Of a DNA stretch of 64,000 bases, positions 52,805 to 62,504 are shown piece after piece (the stretch's first letter is position 1; every line of letters begins with the position of its first letter). Both the position numbers and the translations under genes were made by a program. This DNA is from Gemmatimonadales bacterium (lineage in GTDB: Bacteria > Gemmatimonadota > Gemmatimonadetes > Gemmatimonadales > GWC2-71-9). Under the pieces are notes generated by a model. The model saw only the letters and a list, made by a program, of their open reading frames with translations, searched no databases and had not been told where the DNA came from. The stretch is taken from NCBI GenBank assembly GCA_041615815.1, contig JBFJCP010000016.1, positions 32,001 through 96,000 on the forward strand, given 5' to 3'.

Positions 52805-54702
52805 CTCGCCGTAACCGACTCCTCGGCTGCCCAGGCGCGAACGCGATCGGCGATACCAGGCCCCGTGAGTCCAACCGACTCGAGTTGTCGGGCCCGCGGA
52901 GCGTGCTCGTACGTGCCATCGGGAACGCCGACGACCCGCACTCGGGCCTCGGAGGCCATGCCCTCGACGGTTGCCGCGACGAATGCACCGAAGCCGTTGA
53001 CCATGGTGCCGTCCTCGATGGTGACGAGCAGCCGCTGGCGCGCCGCTAGGCTCTCGAGCATCGCGCGATCGAGCGGCTTCATGAAACGACAATTCACGAC
53101 ACTCACGTCGAGCCCGTCGCGAGCCAGGAGCTCCGCGGCTTCGAGCGCCGGCTGGCACATCACGCCCACGGCGAGCAACGCGCAGTCGCGCCCCTCACGC
53201 AGGATTTCCCACGTTCCATAAGGAATCGTGCCCACTTCCGCAGCCGGCGGCGCCGTCCCCGGCGCGGTATCCCGTGGGTACCGCAGGCAAAACGGACCTG
53301 CCGGATGCGCGAGGGCACACCGAAGCAGGCCGATCAGCTCCGCTCCGTCTTTGGGCGCGGTGACCGTCATGTTGGGCACACTCAGCATATAGGCGATGTC
53401 GTAGAGCCCCATGTGGGTTTGGCCGTCGGCGCCCACCATGCCCGCTCGGTCCATGCAAAAGATCACGGGGAGCTTTTGGATCGCCACATCGTGTACGATG
53501 CTATCGTAGGCACGCTGGAGGAATGTCGAGTAGATGGCCACCACCGGTCGGATCCCTTGCGTGGCGAGCCCGGCCGCAAAGGTGGTGCCGTGCGCCTCAG
53601 CGATGCCAACGTCGAAGAAGCGATCCGGCCATCGCTTCTGAAACACGTTGGTCCCGGTACCGGAGGGCATCGCGGCCGTGATGGCCACGAGCTCCGGATG
53701 CTCGGCGGCGAGCTCGGCGACGGCCGTGCCGAACACCTTGGTCCACGCGGGAGGCCCGGACTTGGACGGCCTGAGTTCACCGGTGACCGGGTCGTACGGT
53801 TTTCGAGCGTGGAACTTCTCGAGGTCGGGTTCCTTCAGGGGGAAGCCCTTCCCCTTCTCCGTGATCACGTGGACCACCCGTGGTCCCTTGAGGGTCTTCA
53901 CTAACTCGAAGGTGCGAACCATCGCCTCCACGTTGTGGCCGTCGATGGGGCCGAAGTACCGGAACCCCAACTCCTCGAAGAGCATTCCCTGTGACCAGAG
54001 GTTCTTGACGCTCTCCTCGACGGTCTTGGCAAACTCGACCACTCGCTGGCCGCCCACGAGATGCGACGCCCGCTCGATCATGTGCTTCACGTGCTCGCGC
54101 ATCCGGTTGGTGAACGGGCTGGCAATCACGGCGCCCAGGTAGCGGCTCATGGCGCCGACGTTGGGGGCGATGGACATCCCATTGTCGTTCAGCACGAGGA
54201 TGAGATCGCGGTCGGAGTGACCGGCGTTGTTCATCCCCTCGTACGACAGCCCGCAGGTGAGCGCGCCGTCGCCGACGACCGCCACGACATGGAAATCTTC
54301 ACCCTTGAGATCTCGGGCGGTCGCCATTCCCACGGCCGCCGACATCGCAGTGCCGGCGTGGCCCGCCCCGAACATGTCGTGCTCGCTCTCGGTGCGGCGC
54401 AAGAAACCCGACAGCCCGTCTTCCTGGCGCAGGGTGGGCAGACGGTCGTTCCGCCCGGTCAGGATCTTCCACGGGTAGCCTTGATGCCCCACATCCCAGA
54501 CGATCTTGTCTTTCGGGGATTCGAAACAGTGGGCGAGCGCGACCGTCAGTTCCACAACCCCGAGACCCGCCCCAATATGGCCACCGGTCTGCGAGACCAC
54601 GTCGATCAGGCGTTGGCGCACCTCGTCCGCCAGCGCCGCCAGATCACGGCGGGGAAGCCGGGCGACGTCGTGCGGTGACCGAATCGTATCGAGCAATGCC
54701 AT
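52801..54702 (-). CDS. dxs: 1-deoxy-D-xylulose-5-phosphate synthase
   Basis: WDVGHQ, GDGALT, DVGIAE, YSTFLQRAYD, DRAG. Confidence 0.97.
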   Translation of the reverse strand: MALLDTIRSPHDVARLPRRDLAALADEVRQRLIDVVSQTGGHIGAGLGVVELTVALAHCFESPKDKIVWDVGHQGYPWKILTGRNDRLPTLRQEDGLSGFLRRTESEHDMFGAGHAGTAMSAAVGMATARDLKGEDFHVVAVVGDGALTCGLSYEGMNNAGHSDRDLILVLNDNGMSIAPNVGAMSRYLGAVIASPFTNRMREHVKHMIERASHLVGGQRVVEFAKTVEESVKNLWSQGMLFEELGFRYFGPIDGHNVEAMVRTFELVKTLKGPRVVHVITEKGKGFPLKEPDLEKFHARKPYDPVTGELRPSKSGPPAWTKVFGTAVAELAAEHPELVAITAAMPSGTGTNVFQKRWPDRFFDVGIAEAHGTTFAAGLATQGIRPVVAIYSTFLQRAYDSIVHDVAIQKLPVIFCMDRAGMVGADGQTHMGLYDIAYMLSVPNMTVTAPKDGAELIGLLRCALAHPAGPFCLRYPRDTAPGTAPPAAEVGTIPYGTWEILREGRDCALLAVGVMCQPALEAAELLARDGLDVSVVNCRFMKPLDRAMLESLAARQRLLVTIEDGTMVNGFGAFVAATVEGMASEARVRVVGVPDGTYEHAPRARQLESVGLTGPGIADRVRAWAAEESVTAR

Positions 54703-54743
54703 GGCCCCTCACTCCTCTCCGGTACGCTCCGAGCGAGCCGGTC

Positions 54744-55628
54744 TCACGATCGGCGCGCGAGCATGAACTCCGCTAACGCGGACAGCAGATGGGAATCTAG
54801 CCGGGCGGCCCCCAGGTGGTCCACGGCGCGGGCCACATGCTGCGCTGCGGCGGACCGCGCCGCCTCGACGCCCAGCAGGCCCGCGAAGGTCGCTTTCTGG
54901 TGTTGGGCGTCCTTTCCGGCGGTCTTCCCCAGCTGAGACGATGAGGCCGTGGCGTCCAGGATGTCATCCACGATCTGAAATGCGAGACCGATCTCCTCGC
55001 CGTAGCGACGGAGAGCTTCCACGGCGCCGGCGTTCCCACCCGCCGCCAACCCGCCGATGACCACGCTCGCTGTGATGAGCGCGCCCGTCTTGGCACGGTG
55101 AATCTGCGTCAGGGTTTCCGCGTCGAGCGCTCGACCCTCCGCTTCGAGATCCATGACCTGGCCACCGATCATCCCGGCGGCGCCTGCCGCCCGGTAGAGC
55201 TCGCGCCCCATGGCGCCGAGCACAGGCAGGGGAAGCCCCAAGGCGTGCGCGCCGGCCGCGAGCACCCGGGCGGACAGGGGGACCATGCGGAATCCCGCTT
55301 CCACGGCCACTTCCGGCCCGAACATCCGGTGCGTCGTGGGCCTGCCGCGCCGCAGGGCATCATCGTCCATACAGGGAAGGTCATCGTGGACCAACGAATA
55401 GGTGTGGACGATCTCCACGGCACACGCGAGCTCCCCCGCGTCGCGCTCACCGCCCAGCGTTCGATACGCGGCCAGTACCAACGCCGGACGAAGCCGTTTC
55501 CCCGGAGCCGAGAGGCTATAGACGATGGCGTCGCCCACGGGATCGGGGCGCTCGCCATGAATGCGAGCGCACCACCGCGCCAGCTCGCGGGAGACGGTCT
55601 CCCGCGTCCCGGCGAGAAACGCCTGCAG
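54744..55628 (-). CDS. ispA: Polyprenyl (farnesyl) diphosphate synthase; start uncertain (CTG at 55628 or GTG at 55538)
   Basis: GKRLRP, HDDLPCMDDD, KTGAL, FQIVDD, GKTAGKD. Confidence 0.9.
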   Translation of the reverse strand: MQAFLAGTRETVSRELARWCARIHGERPDPVGDAIVYSLSAPGKRLRPALVLAAYRTLGGERDAGELACAVEIVHTYSLVHDDLPCMDDDALRRGRPTTHRMFGPEVAVEAGFRMVPLSARVLAAGAHALGLPLPVLGAMGRELYRAAGAAGMIGGQVMDLEAEGRALDAETLTQIHRAKTGALITASVVIGGLAAGGNAGAVEALRRYGEEIGLAFQIVDDILDATASSSQLGKTAGKDAQHQKATFAGLLGVEAARSAAAQHVARAVDHLGAARLDSHLLSALAEFMLARRS

Positions 55629-55629
55629 A

Positions 55630-55854
55630 TCAGACGGAGAGGTCCGTTGCTCTAAGCGTTCCGTCGGCTTCCTCCAACACGCGCTTCACGGTCAACTCGG
55701 ACTTGGCCAGCAGCGAGCGGGCAGACTTCAGCCGCCGCACACCCTCTTCGAACAACTCGAGGGCCTGGTCCAGATCGACGTCGGGATTCTCCAGCTTCCG
55801 GACAATGCCCTCCAGGCGCTCGAGCTCCTCGCTGAAACTGGGCGTGGCACTCAT
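55630..55854 (-). CDS. xseB: Exodeoxyribonuclease VII small subunit
   Basis: FSEELERLEGIVRKLE...LELFEEG. Confidence 0.93.
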   Translation of the reverse strand: MSATPSFSEELERLEGIVRKLENPDVDLDQALELFEEGVRRLKSARSLLAKSELTVKRVLEEADGTLRATDLSV

Positions 55855-57020
55855 TCGGATCGGACCTCGGCCGGTACGTCGCCGTCCACGACGCGAAGCC
55901 GGAACCGTTGGCCGGCAACAAACTGCTCGCGTCTTCGGAGGACACGCCCGTCCGTGTCCCTGGCCACGGCGTATCCACGCTCGAGCACACGGAGCGGGCT
56001 CAACGCGTCCAATTGGGCACCGAGGTGTTCCAACCGTGCCATGCGTCGTTCCAGGTGTCCCTGAACGGCGCCGCTCAGCCGGTCCCCGGTCCGCGCCATG
56101 CGCTCGGCCGCCAGCCGCGTGCGCCCCGCCAGCCCCTTGGCAAGCCGCCGAGCAATGCCGTCCACCACTTCACCGGTGCTGGCCCGATCGGGCACGGCCG
56201 CTTCGGCCGCCGCGGAGGGCGTTGGTGCGCGAACGTCGGCAACGAGGTCGGTGAGAGAGATGTCGGTTTCGTGGCCCACGGCAGAGATGGTGGGAACCTG
56301 CACCGCCGCGACGGCCCGAGCCACCCGCTCACTGTTGAAGACCCAGAGGTCTTCACGGGATCCACCCCCCCGCCCTACGATGGCCAGATCCAGACCTGGT
56401 ATGCGGTTCACGGTGGCCAGGGCTCGACAGAGCTGGCGCTCGGCATCGTCTCCCTGAACCCGGGCGGCGCAGACGAACAGCTCGACCGTGGGCCAGCGCC
56501 GTGCCACGACGGAGACGATGTCGCGCAGCGCAGCGCCCTCGAGACTCGTCACGACGGCAAGACGGCGTGGGTAGGGGGGGAGCATTCGCTTCCGTGACGG
56601 GTCGAGCAAGCCGTCCTTTGCGAGCGCTGCTTTGGCGCGGTCCAGTTCGAGTTGCCAGCGCCCACCTTCGGCGGTCGGAATGAGCTGCCGTACCGAGAGT
56701 CGGAATTCGCCCCGCTCCTCCCACACCGTCGGCTGCACCTCGGCGAACACCTCGGTCCCCTCCTCGGGACGCTCTCCACGGAGCCTGAGGGTATCGCGCC
56801 GCCACATGACGCACCGTACCTGCGCCTGTGCGTCGCGAAGCGTGAAGTACCAGTGTCCGCTACGGAAGGCTTTGAACCCCGTGATCTCGCCCCGGACCCA
56901 CAGCCGCGCGAAGCCAGACTCCATGAGCTGGCGCGCCCGCTGCGTCACTTCCGCCACCGTCCACGCCCGCTCCGACGCTAGGGCCACGCCGGCGGCAGAA
57001 AACAGATCTAGGCCGCCCAC
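55851..57020 (-). CDS. xseA: Exodeoxyribonuclease VII large subunit
   Basis: SGHWYFTLRD, RGGGSREDL, VGHETD, PTPSAAAE, LERGYA. Confidence 0.95.
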   Translation of the reverse strand: MGGLDLFSAAGVALASERAWTVAEVTQRARQLMESGFARLWVRGEITGFKAFRSGHWYFTLRDAQAQVRCVMWRRDTLRLRGERPEEGTEVFAEVQPTVWEERGEFRLSVRQLIPTAEGGRWQLELDRAKAALAKDGLLDPSRKRMLPPYPRRLAVVTSLEGAALRDIVSVVARRWPTVELFVCAARVQGDDAERQLCRALATVNRIPGLDLAIVGRGGGSREDLWVFNSERVARAVAAVQVPTISAVGHETDISLTDLVADVRAPTPSAAAEAAVPDRASTGEVVDGIARRLAKGLAGRTRLAAERMARTGDRLSGAVQGHLERRMARLEHLGAQLDALSPLRVLERGYAVARDTDGRVLRRREQFVAGQRFRLRVVDGDVPAEVRSE

Positions 57021-57892
57021 TGCCGCGCAGCTTGTACCGTGTTGTAGAGAAGCATCGTGATCGTCATCGGTCCCACGCCCCCCGGGACGGGCGTGATGGC
57101 AGCCGCCACCCGGGTCGCGGCCTCGAAGTCGACATCGCCCACCAAACGGTAGCCCTTTTTGGCCGACGGGTCGTCCACGCGGTTTACGCCAACGTCGATG
57201 ACGACCGCGCCCGGGCGTACCATCTCGCCCGTCACGAAGTGCGGCCTGCCAATGGCAACCACGAGGATGTCTGCCTGACGGGTGACGGCCGGGAGGTCGC
57301 GGGTCCGGGAATGACACACGGTCACCGTGGCATCGCCGCCCAACCCGCGCTGGAGGAGCAACGCCGCCATGGGGCGGCCCACGATGTTGGACCGGCCCAC
57401 GATCACGGCGTGCGCACCCCGGGTGTCCACGTCACTTCGCACGAGCATTTGCTGGACGCCATACGGCGTGGCCGGACGGAAGCCGGACGGATCGCCGATG
57501 CTCACCTTCCCCACGTTGATGGGGTGGAAGCCATCCACGTCTTTCTCTGGCTGAACGCGATACAGCACGTTGCGTTCATCGATGTGCTCAGGCAGCGGCA
57601 GCTGGACCAGAATGCCGTGCACGTTGGGATCGGCATTCAGCTCGTCGAGGACAGTGTGCAGCTCCGTCTCCGCGGTGTCGCGGGGTAGCGTGATGGTCCG
57701 GCTGTGCATGCCGGCCTCCTCGCAGGCCCGGCCCTTCATCCGCACATAGACGTGGCTCGCCGGATCGTCCCCCACCAGCACGACCGCGAGTCCCGGCGTG
57801 ACCCCACGTGCCACCAGTGTTTTGATCTCGGGGATGAGCTCGGCGCGCATCTCCTTGGCGATCTCGGTGCCGCTGATGATGCTAGCGGGCAT
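57008..57892 (-). CDS. folD: Methylenetetrahydrofolate dehydrogenase/cyclohydrolase
   Basis: KDVDGFHP, GRSNIVG, TPVPGGVGPMT. Confidence 0.97.
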   Translation of the reverse strand: MPASIISGTEIAKEMRAELIPEIKTLVARGVTPGLAVVLVGDDPASHVYVRMKGRACEEAGMHSRTITLPRDTAETELHTVLDELNADPNVHGILVQLPLPEHIDERNVLYRVQPEKDVDGFHPINVGKVSIGDPSGFRPATPYGVQQMLVRSDVDTRGAHAVIVGRSNIVGRPMAALLLQRGLGGDATVTVCHSRTRDLPAVTRQADILVVAIGRPHFVTGEMVRPGAVVIDVGVNRVDDPSAKKGYRLVGDVDFEAATRVAAAITPVPGGVGPMTITMLLYNTVQAARQWAA

Positions 57893-59465
57893 ATTCCACG
57901 GCCCTCGTCTCGCGAATGACGACGACTTTGATCTGGCCGGGGTACTGCAACTCCCCCTCGATCTTGCGGGCCACCTGCTCCGAGAGCTCGGCGGCCTTGT
58001 GGTCGTCCACCGAATCCGGCACGACCACGATCCGCACCTCGCGGCCCGCTTGGATCGCGTAAGCTTTTTCCACTCCGCCGAAGCTCACCGCAATGTTTTC
58101 GAGCGACGTGAGACGTTTCACGTAGGTATCGAATGCTTCGCGCCGGGCGCCAGGCCGTGCGCCGCTCACGCTATCGGCCGCCTGCACGATAACCGAAACG
58201 GGAGACTCGTGCGGGATGTCGTCGTGGTGGGCACCGATCGCGTTGATCACCACGGCGTGCTCGCCGTACTTCGTGGCCATTTCGACTCCCAGCTCGACGT
58301 GAGTCCCATCGTGCTGGTGTGTCAGGACCTTGCCCACGTCATGCAGGAGCCCGCCACGTTTAGCGAGGTGGACGTCGAGCTTGAGCTCCGCCGCCATGAT
58401 CCCCGCGAGCCACGCCACTTCCTTGGAGTGATGCAGGATGTTCTGACCATACGACGTGCGGTACTTCATCCGACCCACGAGCTTCACCAGCTCAGGATGC
58501 ATTCCGTGAATCCCGAGGTCGTAGACGGCCTGCTCGCCGGCTTCCACTAGCTGTGCCTCGAGCTCCTTGCGGACCTTCTCCACGACCTCCTCGATTCGCC
58601 CCGGATGAATCCGGCCGTCCGCGATAAGCTGTTCCAGCGCTCGACGCCCCACCTCTCGGCGTATCGGATCGAAGCAGGAAATCACTACCGTGTCCGGCGT
58701 GTCGTCGATGATGACGTCCACGCCCGTTGCGGTCTCGAACGCCCTGATGTTGCGGCCCTCGCGACCGATGATTCTTCCTTTCATCTCGTCGCTCGGAAGT
58801 GACACCGCCGACACGACGCTTTCCGTCGTCTGCTCCGCGGCCATACGCTGAATCGCGAGGGCCACGATCTTGGTGGCTTCCCGGTCCGCGGTACGCTTGG
58901 CCTCCTCCTTGATGTCCCGCAGCAGCGCGGCCGCATCGCTCTTGGCCTCCTCCGCCATGGCCTGCATGAGATGCTGCTTGGCCTCTCCTGCCGACATGCC
59001 CGCCAGCCGTTCGAGCTTCGTGCGATGCTCGTCCGCAGCGCGGTCCACCTCCTGCTCTTTCTGCGTCAGATGTTGCTCGCGATCGCGCAACGACTGGGCT
59101 TGGCGCTGCAAGTCGCGCTCCTTCTCGTCCAGGGTGTTGAGCTTGCGATCGACGAGCGACTCGCGTTCTTCGACGCGCCGCTGGTGTCGGTCGAGCTCCT
59201 CCCGACGTTCCGTCGCCTCCGCTTCGAGGCGCTCCCGGGCCTGGATCCGCTCCTCCTTGGCCACCAACGACGCCTCGGCCCGAAGCGACTCGGCATCGCG
59301 CCGGGCCTCGGTGAGCACGCGCTCGGCTTGCTGCTCGGCCGATCGGCCCGCTCGGTCCGCCTCGCGCCGTTCGGCGCGACGGCCAACCAGGTAAAAGGCC
59401 GTCCCGGTGATACCTGCTGTCGCCAGGACGGCCAAAACCACGAAAACCAGCTGTTCCGCTGACAT
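57882..59465 (-). CDS. rny: Ribonuclease Y
   Basis: N-terminal TM, coiled coil, KH (MKGRIIGREGRNIR), HD (LLHDVGK). Confidence 0.96.
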   Translation of the reverse strand: MSAEQLVFVVLAVLATAGITGTAFYLVGRRAERREADRAGRSAEQQAERVLTEARRDAESLRAEASLVAKEERIQARERLEAEATERREELDRHQRRVEERESLVDRKLNTLDEKERDLQRQAQSLRDREQHLTQKEQEVDRAADEHRTKLERLAGMSAGEAKQHLMQAMAEEAKSDAAALLRDIKEEAKRTADREATKIVALAIQRMAAEQTTESVVSAVSLPSDEMKGRIIGREGRNIRAFETATGVDVIIDDTPDTVVISCFDPIRREVGRRALEQLIADGRIHPGRIEEVVEKVRKELEAQLVEAGEQAVYDLGIHGMHPELVKLVGRMKYRTSYGQNILHHSKEVAWLAGIMAAELKLDVHLAKRGGLLHDVGKVLTHQHDGTHVELGVEMATKYGEHAVVINAIGAHHDDIPHESPVSVIVQAADSVSGARPGARREAFDTYVKRLTSLENIAVSFGGVEKAYAIQAGREVRIVVVPDSVDDHKAAELSEQVARKIEGELQYPGQIKVVVIRETRAVEYAR

Positions 59466-59537
59466 ATCTATCTCCAACACGCCGCCGGTTCGCGCGCTCG
59501 GCGGCCTGCGTTATCCAAGTTGTTTGCTACCTGTAAA

Positions 59538-59873
59538 TTATGCGCCGTCGGCCGTCGAAGCAAACCTCCCGGAAAATCGCGGATCACGCTTGTTTGGCGG
59601 GAGCACGCGCGAGAGCTCGCCGGCGAGCATCTCCAGGCGACGGGCCATCTCGCCCTGCGACCGCCGAGCCTGAAACAGCTCGTCGGTGATCGCCAAGGCG
59701 GCCAAGATCGCCGCCTTGTGCGTCTCCACCATGGCCCCGCCGGAGAGCACTTCACTCAGCGTTTTGTCCACGTGCTCGGCCACCGTGCGCGTGTACTCGG
59801 GTGGGCGGTCGGATTTGAGGGTGTACTCATCGCCCCCGATGGTCACCTTGACCGCGTTTTTCTTTGCGTTCAC
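59538..59873 (-). CDS. zapA: Cell division protein ZapA
   Basis: VKVTIGGDEYTL...KAAILAALAITDELF. Confidence 0.85.
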   Translation of the reverse strand: MNAKKNAVKVTIGGDEYTLKSDRPPEYTRTVAEHVDKTLSEVLSGGAMVETHKAAILAALAITDELFQARRSQGEMARRLEMLAGELSRVLPPNKRDPRFSGRFASTADGA

Positions 59874-60169
59874 TGCCGCCCTCCTTCGATGGCGGTCTGT
59901 TCTTCCAAAAAGCGAAGCCGGCCCACAAGGCCGTCCAACCGCTTGCGCGCCGAGTCGAGGCGGCGCCGGAGCTCCGCATTCTCGGACTCCAACTTGGTCA
60001 GCCGATCCCGTGCGGCCAGCGGGGACTCGCCCTCGTCCCCCAGCGCGGATTGCTCGGCTTCCGCCTTGAGCGCACGCCGGCGCCACGAGGCCAACTCCTC
60101 CGCAACGTGCTGGAGCACGTCCTCGAGCTGGGACAGCGCTTCGAACTCAGGCCTCTCGTCGTTCGACAC
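59870..60169 (-). CDS. ZapB-like coiled-coil protein
   Basis: Heptad-rich; conserved position between pheT and zapA. Confidence 0.6.
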   Translation of the reverse strand: MSNDERPEFEALSQLEDVLQHVAEELASWRRRALKAEAEQSALGDEGESPLAARDRLTKLESENAELRRRLDSARKRLDGLVGRLRFLEEQTAIEGGRQ

Positions 60170-62504
60170 CAAATCGCTCCTTCAAGGCGGACAGTACACG
60201 GTCCACCACCCGATCGACCTCAACGTCCCGCAGCGTCCGGTCCGGGGATCGGAACATCAACCGCCACGCCACGCTGCGTCCACCCAACTCCGCACTGCGG
60301 TACTCGTCAAAGATCGTTGCATCCTCCAGCAGCTCACCAGCCAGATCGCGAATCGTCGCTGTCACCGTGCCCGCCGTCACCTGACTTGGCAGGACCAGGG
60401 CGAGGTCCCGTTCCACCGGTGGGGTCACGGGCAACGCCCGATACTGGACACCGCTCGCCGCGGGCACCGCAAGATCCACCTCGAACCCGTAGACCGGTGC
60501 GGCCCACGCGGGCCGGTCCGCTTCCAGCCGCCCGGCCCATCCGCGACGGCGGCCGTCTTCGTCGCGCAGAATCCACGCCTTGCCGTCCGACTCGATGGTG
60601 GCTCCCGAAGCCCCACCGAGTTTCGTGGCAAGCTCAAACATAGCCTTGAGATCCCACAGATCGTAATCCGCCCCACCATCGATGTTCGTCCAATGTGGTG
60701 GTGTCCGGGCTCCGGTCACGATCGCCGCAAGGTGCAACGACTCTTGCGGGAGCGTCTGACCAACGTCGTGGAACACCGCGCCGATCTCGAAGAGGCGGAC
60801 ATCGCGCAGGCGATTGGCCCAATTCCGCTCCACGGATCGCGCGAGTCCTGGAAGCAGCCTTTGTCGCAGAAAGGCCTCGTCCGCCGAGAGTGGGTTGAGG
60901 AGGGCGGGAGCACCGTCTCCGCCCTCGGGTACGAGCGGAAGGGTCCGGGCTTCGTGCAGACCCACCCCGGTGAAGGCCCGCCGCAGATTGTCTTTGAGGT
61001 ATTCGACAGGATCGTCGGGCACCCCGCTGGGTCGGAACGGATGCAGTTCGACGGGGAATGCGTCGTAGCCCTTGAGTCGGGCCACTTCTTCGATCAGATC
61101 GATCTCGCGGGTCACGTCGGGACGCCACCCGGGCACTTGCGCGGCCAACCGTCCGTCCTTGGGCGCAACCGTGAAACCCACTTGAGAGAGAAGCGACTCG
61201 ATTTCACCCTGCGCGATGGGTGCGCCCAGCACATGCGCCACCCGCTCGGGCCGGAGGAACACCGACCGCATCGGCACCGGTTGTGGGTACACATCCACCG
61301 GGGGCTCGCGTTCTTCCCCACCGGCGACAGCCTTGATCATGGCCACCGCGCGTCGGACCACCTCGGGCATGGCTTGCAGGTCCACGCCGCGTTCAAACCG
61401 GTAGGAAGCCTCGGTGCTCATGCGGAGCAACTTCCGTGTGGACCGAATGCGCTTGGGGTCGAAGTGCGCGCACTCGAGCACGACGTCGACCGTCGCCTCG
61501 GTGACCTCCGAGTCCGCCCCTCCCATCACGCCACCGATCGCCGTCGGGCGCTCGGCATCGCAGATCATAGTCATCGCGGCGTCGAGGGCCCGATGCTCCC
61601 CGTCCAACGTGGTGAGGCGCTCCCCTGCATTCGCTCGCCGCACGACGATCTTTCCACCCCCCAACCGCGCGTAGTCGAAGGCGTGCAGCGGCTGGTTCAG
61701 CTCGTACAGGAGGTAATTGGTGACGTCCACCACGTTGTTAATGGGCCGCGCCCCGATGCTCAGCAGCCGCGCCTGCAACCACGCGGGCGACGGCTGCACC
61801 GTGACCCCGCGAATGACGGCGGCGATATAGCGCGGGCACCCCTCGGTGTCGTCGATGATCACCTCGAGCCCGTCCACGGTTCCGCGGTCGGGAACGCGCG
61901 TCGGCGCGAGACCGTCGTTGGGCGCGCCCGGGATCGGTGGCAGCTTGACGGGGAGTCCGTACGCCGCCCCCAGCTCACGGGCCACCCCTTTGTGACACAG
62001 CAGGTCTGGTCGGTTGGGGGTGACGTCCACCTCGAGGCGGGCGTCGGCCACGGGAAGCACGTCGAGGAGCGGCGTGCCAGCGGCGGCATCCGTCGCCAGC
62101 TCCATGATGCCTTCGTGGTCGTGCCCCAGCTCCAGCTCCTTGGCCGAGCAGAGCATCCCGTTGGACGTGACGCCCCGGATCTTCCGGGCCTCGAGCTCGA
62201 GCCCCCCCGGCAGCGTCACGCCGACGCGTGCATAGGGGTACTTGTGCCCCGCCCTCACGTTGGGTGCGCCACAGACGACGTCCACGACTCCGGTGCCGTC
62301 GTGCACCCGGCAGAGCGTGAGGCGGTCGGCATTGGGGTGCTTCTCCACCGCTTCCACGTGCCCGACGACAATGTCCGCGAGGTCGCCGTGGATTCGCTCG
62401 ACGGCATCCACGGGAACCGCTCGACTGGATAGCACGGTCGCGGCCTCATCGGGATCCACGGTCTGGCCCAACAGCGCGGAAACCCAGTTGATCGAGACGT
62501 TCAT
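60147..62504 (-). CDS. pheT: Phenylalanyl-tRNA synthetase beta subunit
   Basis: HPNADRL, CGAPNV, TPNRPD, INNVVDVTNY, SYRFERG, DLIEEVAR. Confidence 0.97.
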   Translation of the reverse strand: MNVSINWVSALLGQTVDPDEAATVLSSRAVPVDAVERIHGDLADIVVGHVEAVEKHPNADRLTLCRVHDGTGVVDVVCGAPNVRAGHKYPYARVGVTLPGGLELEARKIRGVTSNGMLCSAKELELGHDHEGIMELATDAAAGTPLLDVLPVADARLEVDVTPNRPDLLCHKGVARELGAAYGLPVKLPPIPGAPNDGLAPTRVPDRGTVDGLEVIIDDTEGCPRYIAAVIRGVTVQPSPAWLQARLLSIGARPINNVVDVTNYLLYELNQPLHAFDYARLGGGKIVVRRANAGERLTTLDGEHRALDAAMTMICDAERPTAIGGVMGGADSEVTEATVDVVLECAHFDPKRIRSTRKLLRMSTEASYRFERGVDLQAMPEVVRRAVAMIKAVAGGEEREPPVDVYPQPVPMRSVFLRPERVAHVLGAPIAQGEIESLLSQVGFTVAPKDGRLAAQVPGWRPDVTREIDLIEEVARLKGYDAFPVELHPFRPSGVPDDPVEYLKDNLRRAFTGVGLHEARTLPLVPEGGDGAPALLNPLSADEAFLRQRLLPGLARSVERNWANRLRDVRLFEIGAVFHDVGQTLPQESLHLAAIVTGARTPPHWTNIDGGADYDLWDLKAMFELATKLGGASGATIESDGKAWILRDEDGRRRGWAGRLEADRPAWAAPVYGFEVDLAVPAASGVQYRALPVTPPVERDLALVLPSQVTAGTVTATIRDLAGELLEDATIFDEYRSAELGGRSVAWRLMFRSPDRTLRDVEVDRVVDRVLSALKERFGVERREA

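Noticed and set aside
59466..59537. Expected 6S RNA (ssrS) between zapA and rny
   Set aside because: The gap is only 72 bp, too short for 6S RNA
59520..62432. 970-aa plus-strand ORF
   Set aside because: Antisense shadow of pheT/zapA caused by high-GC codon bias; no recognisable motifs
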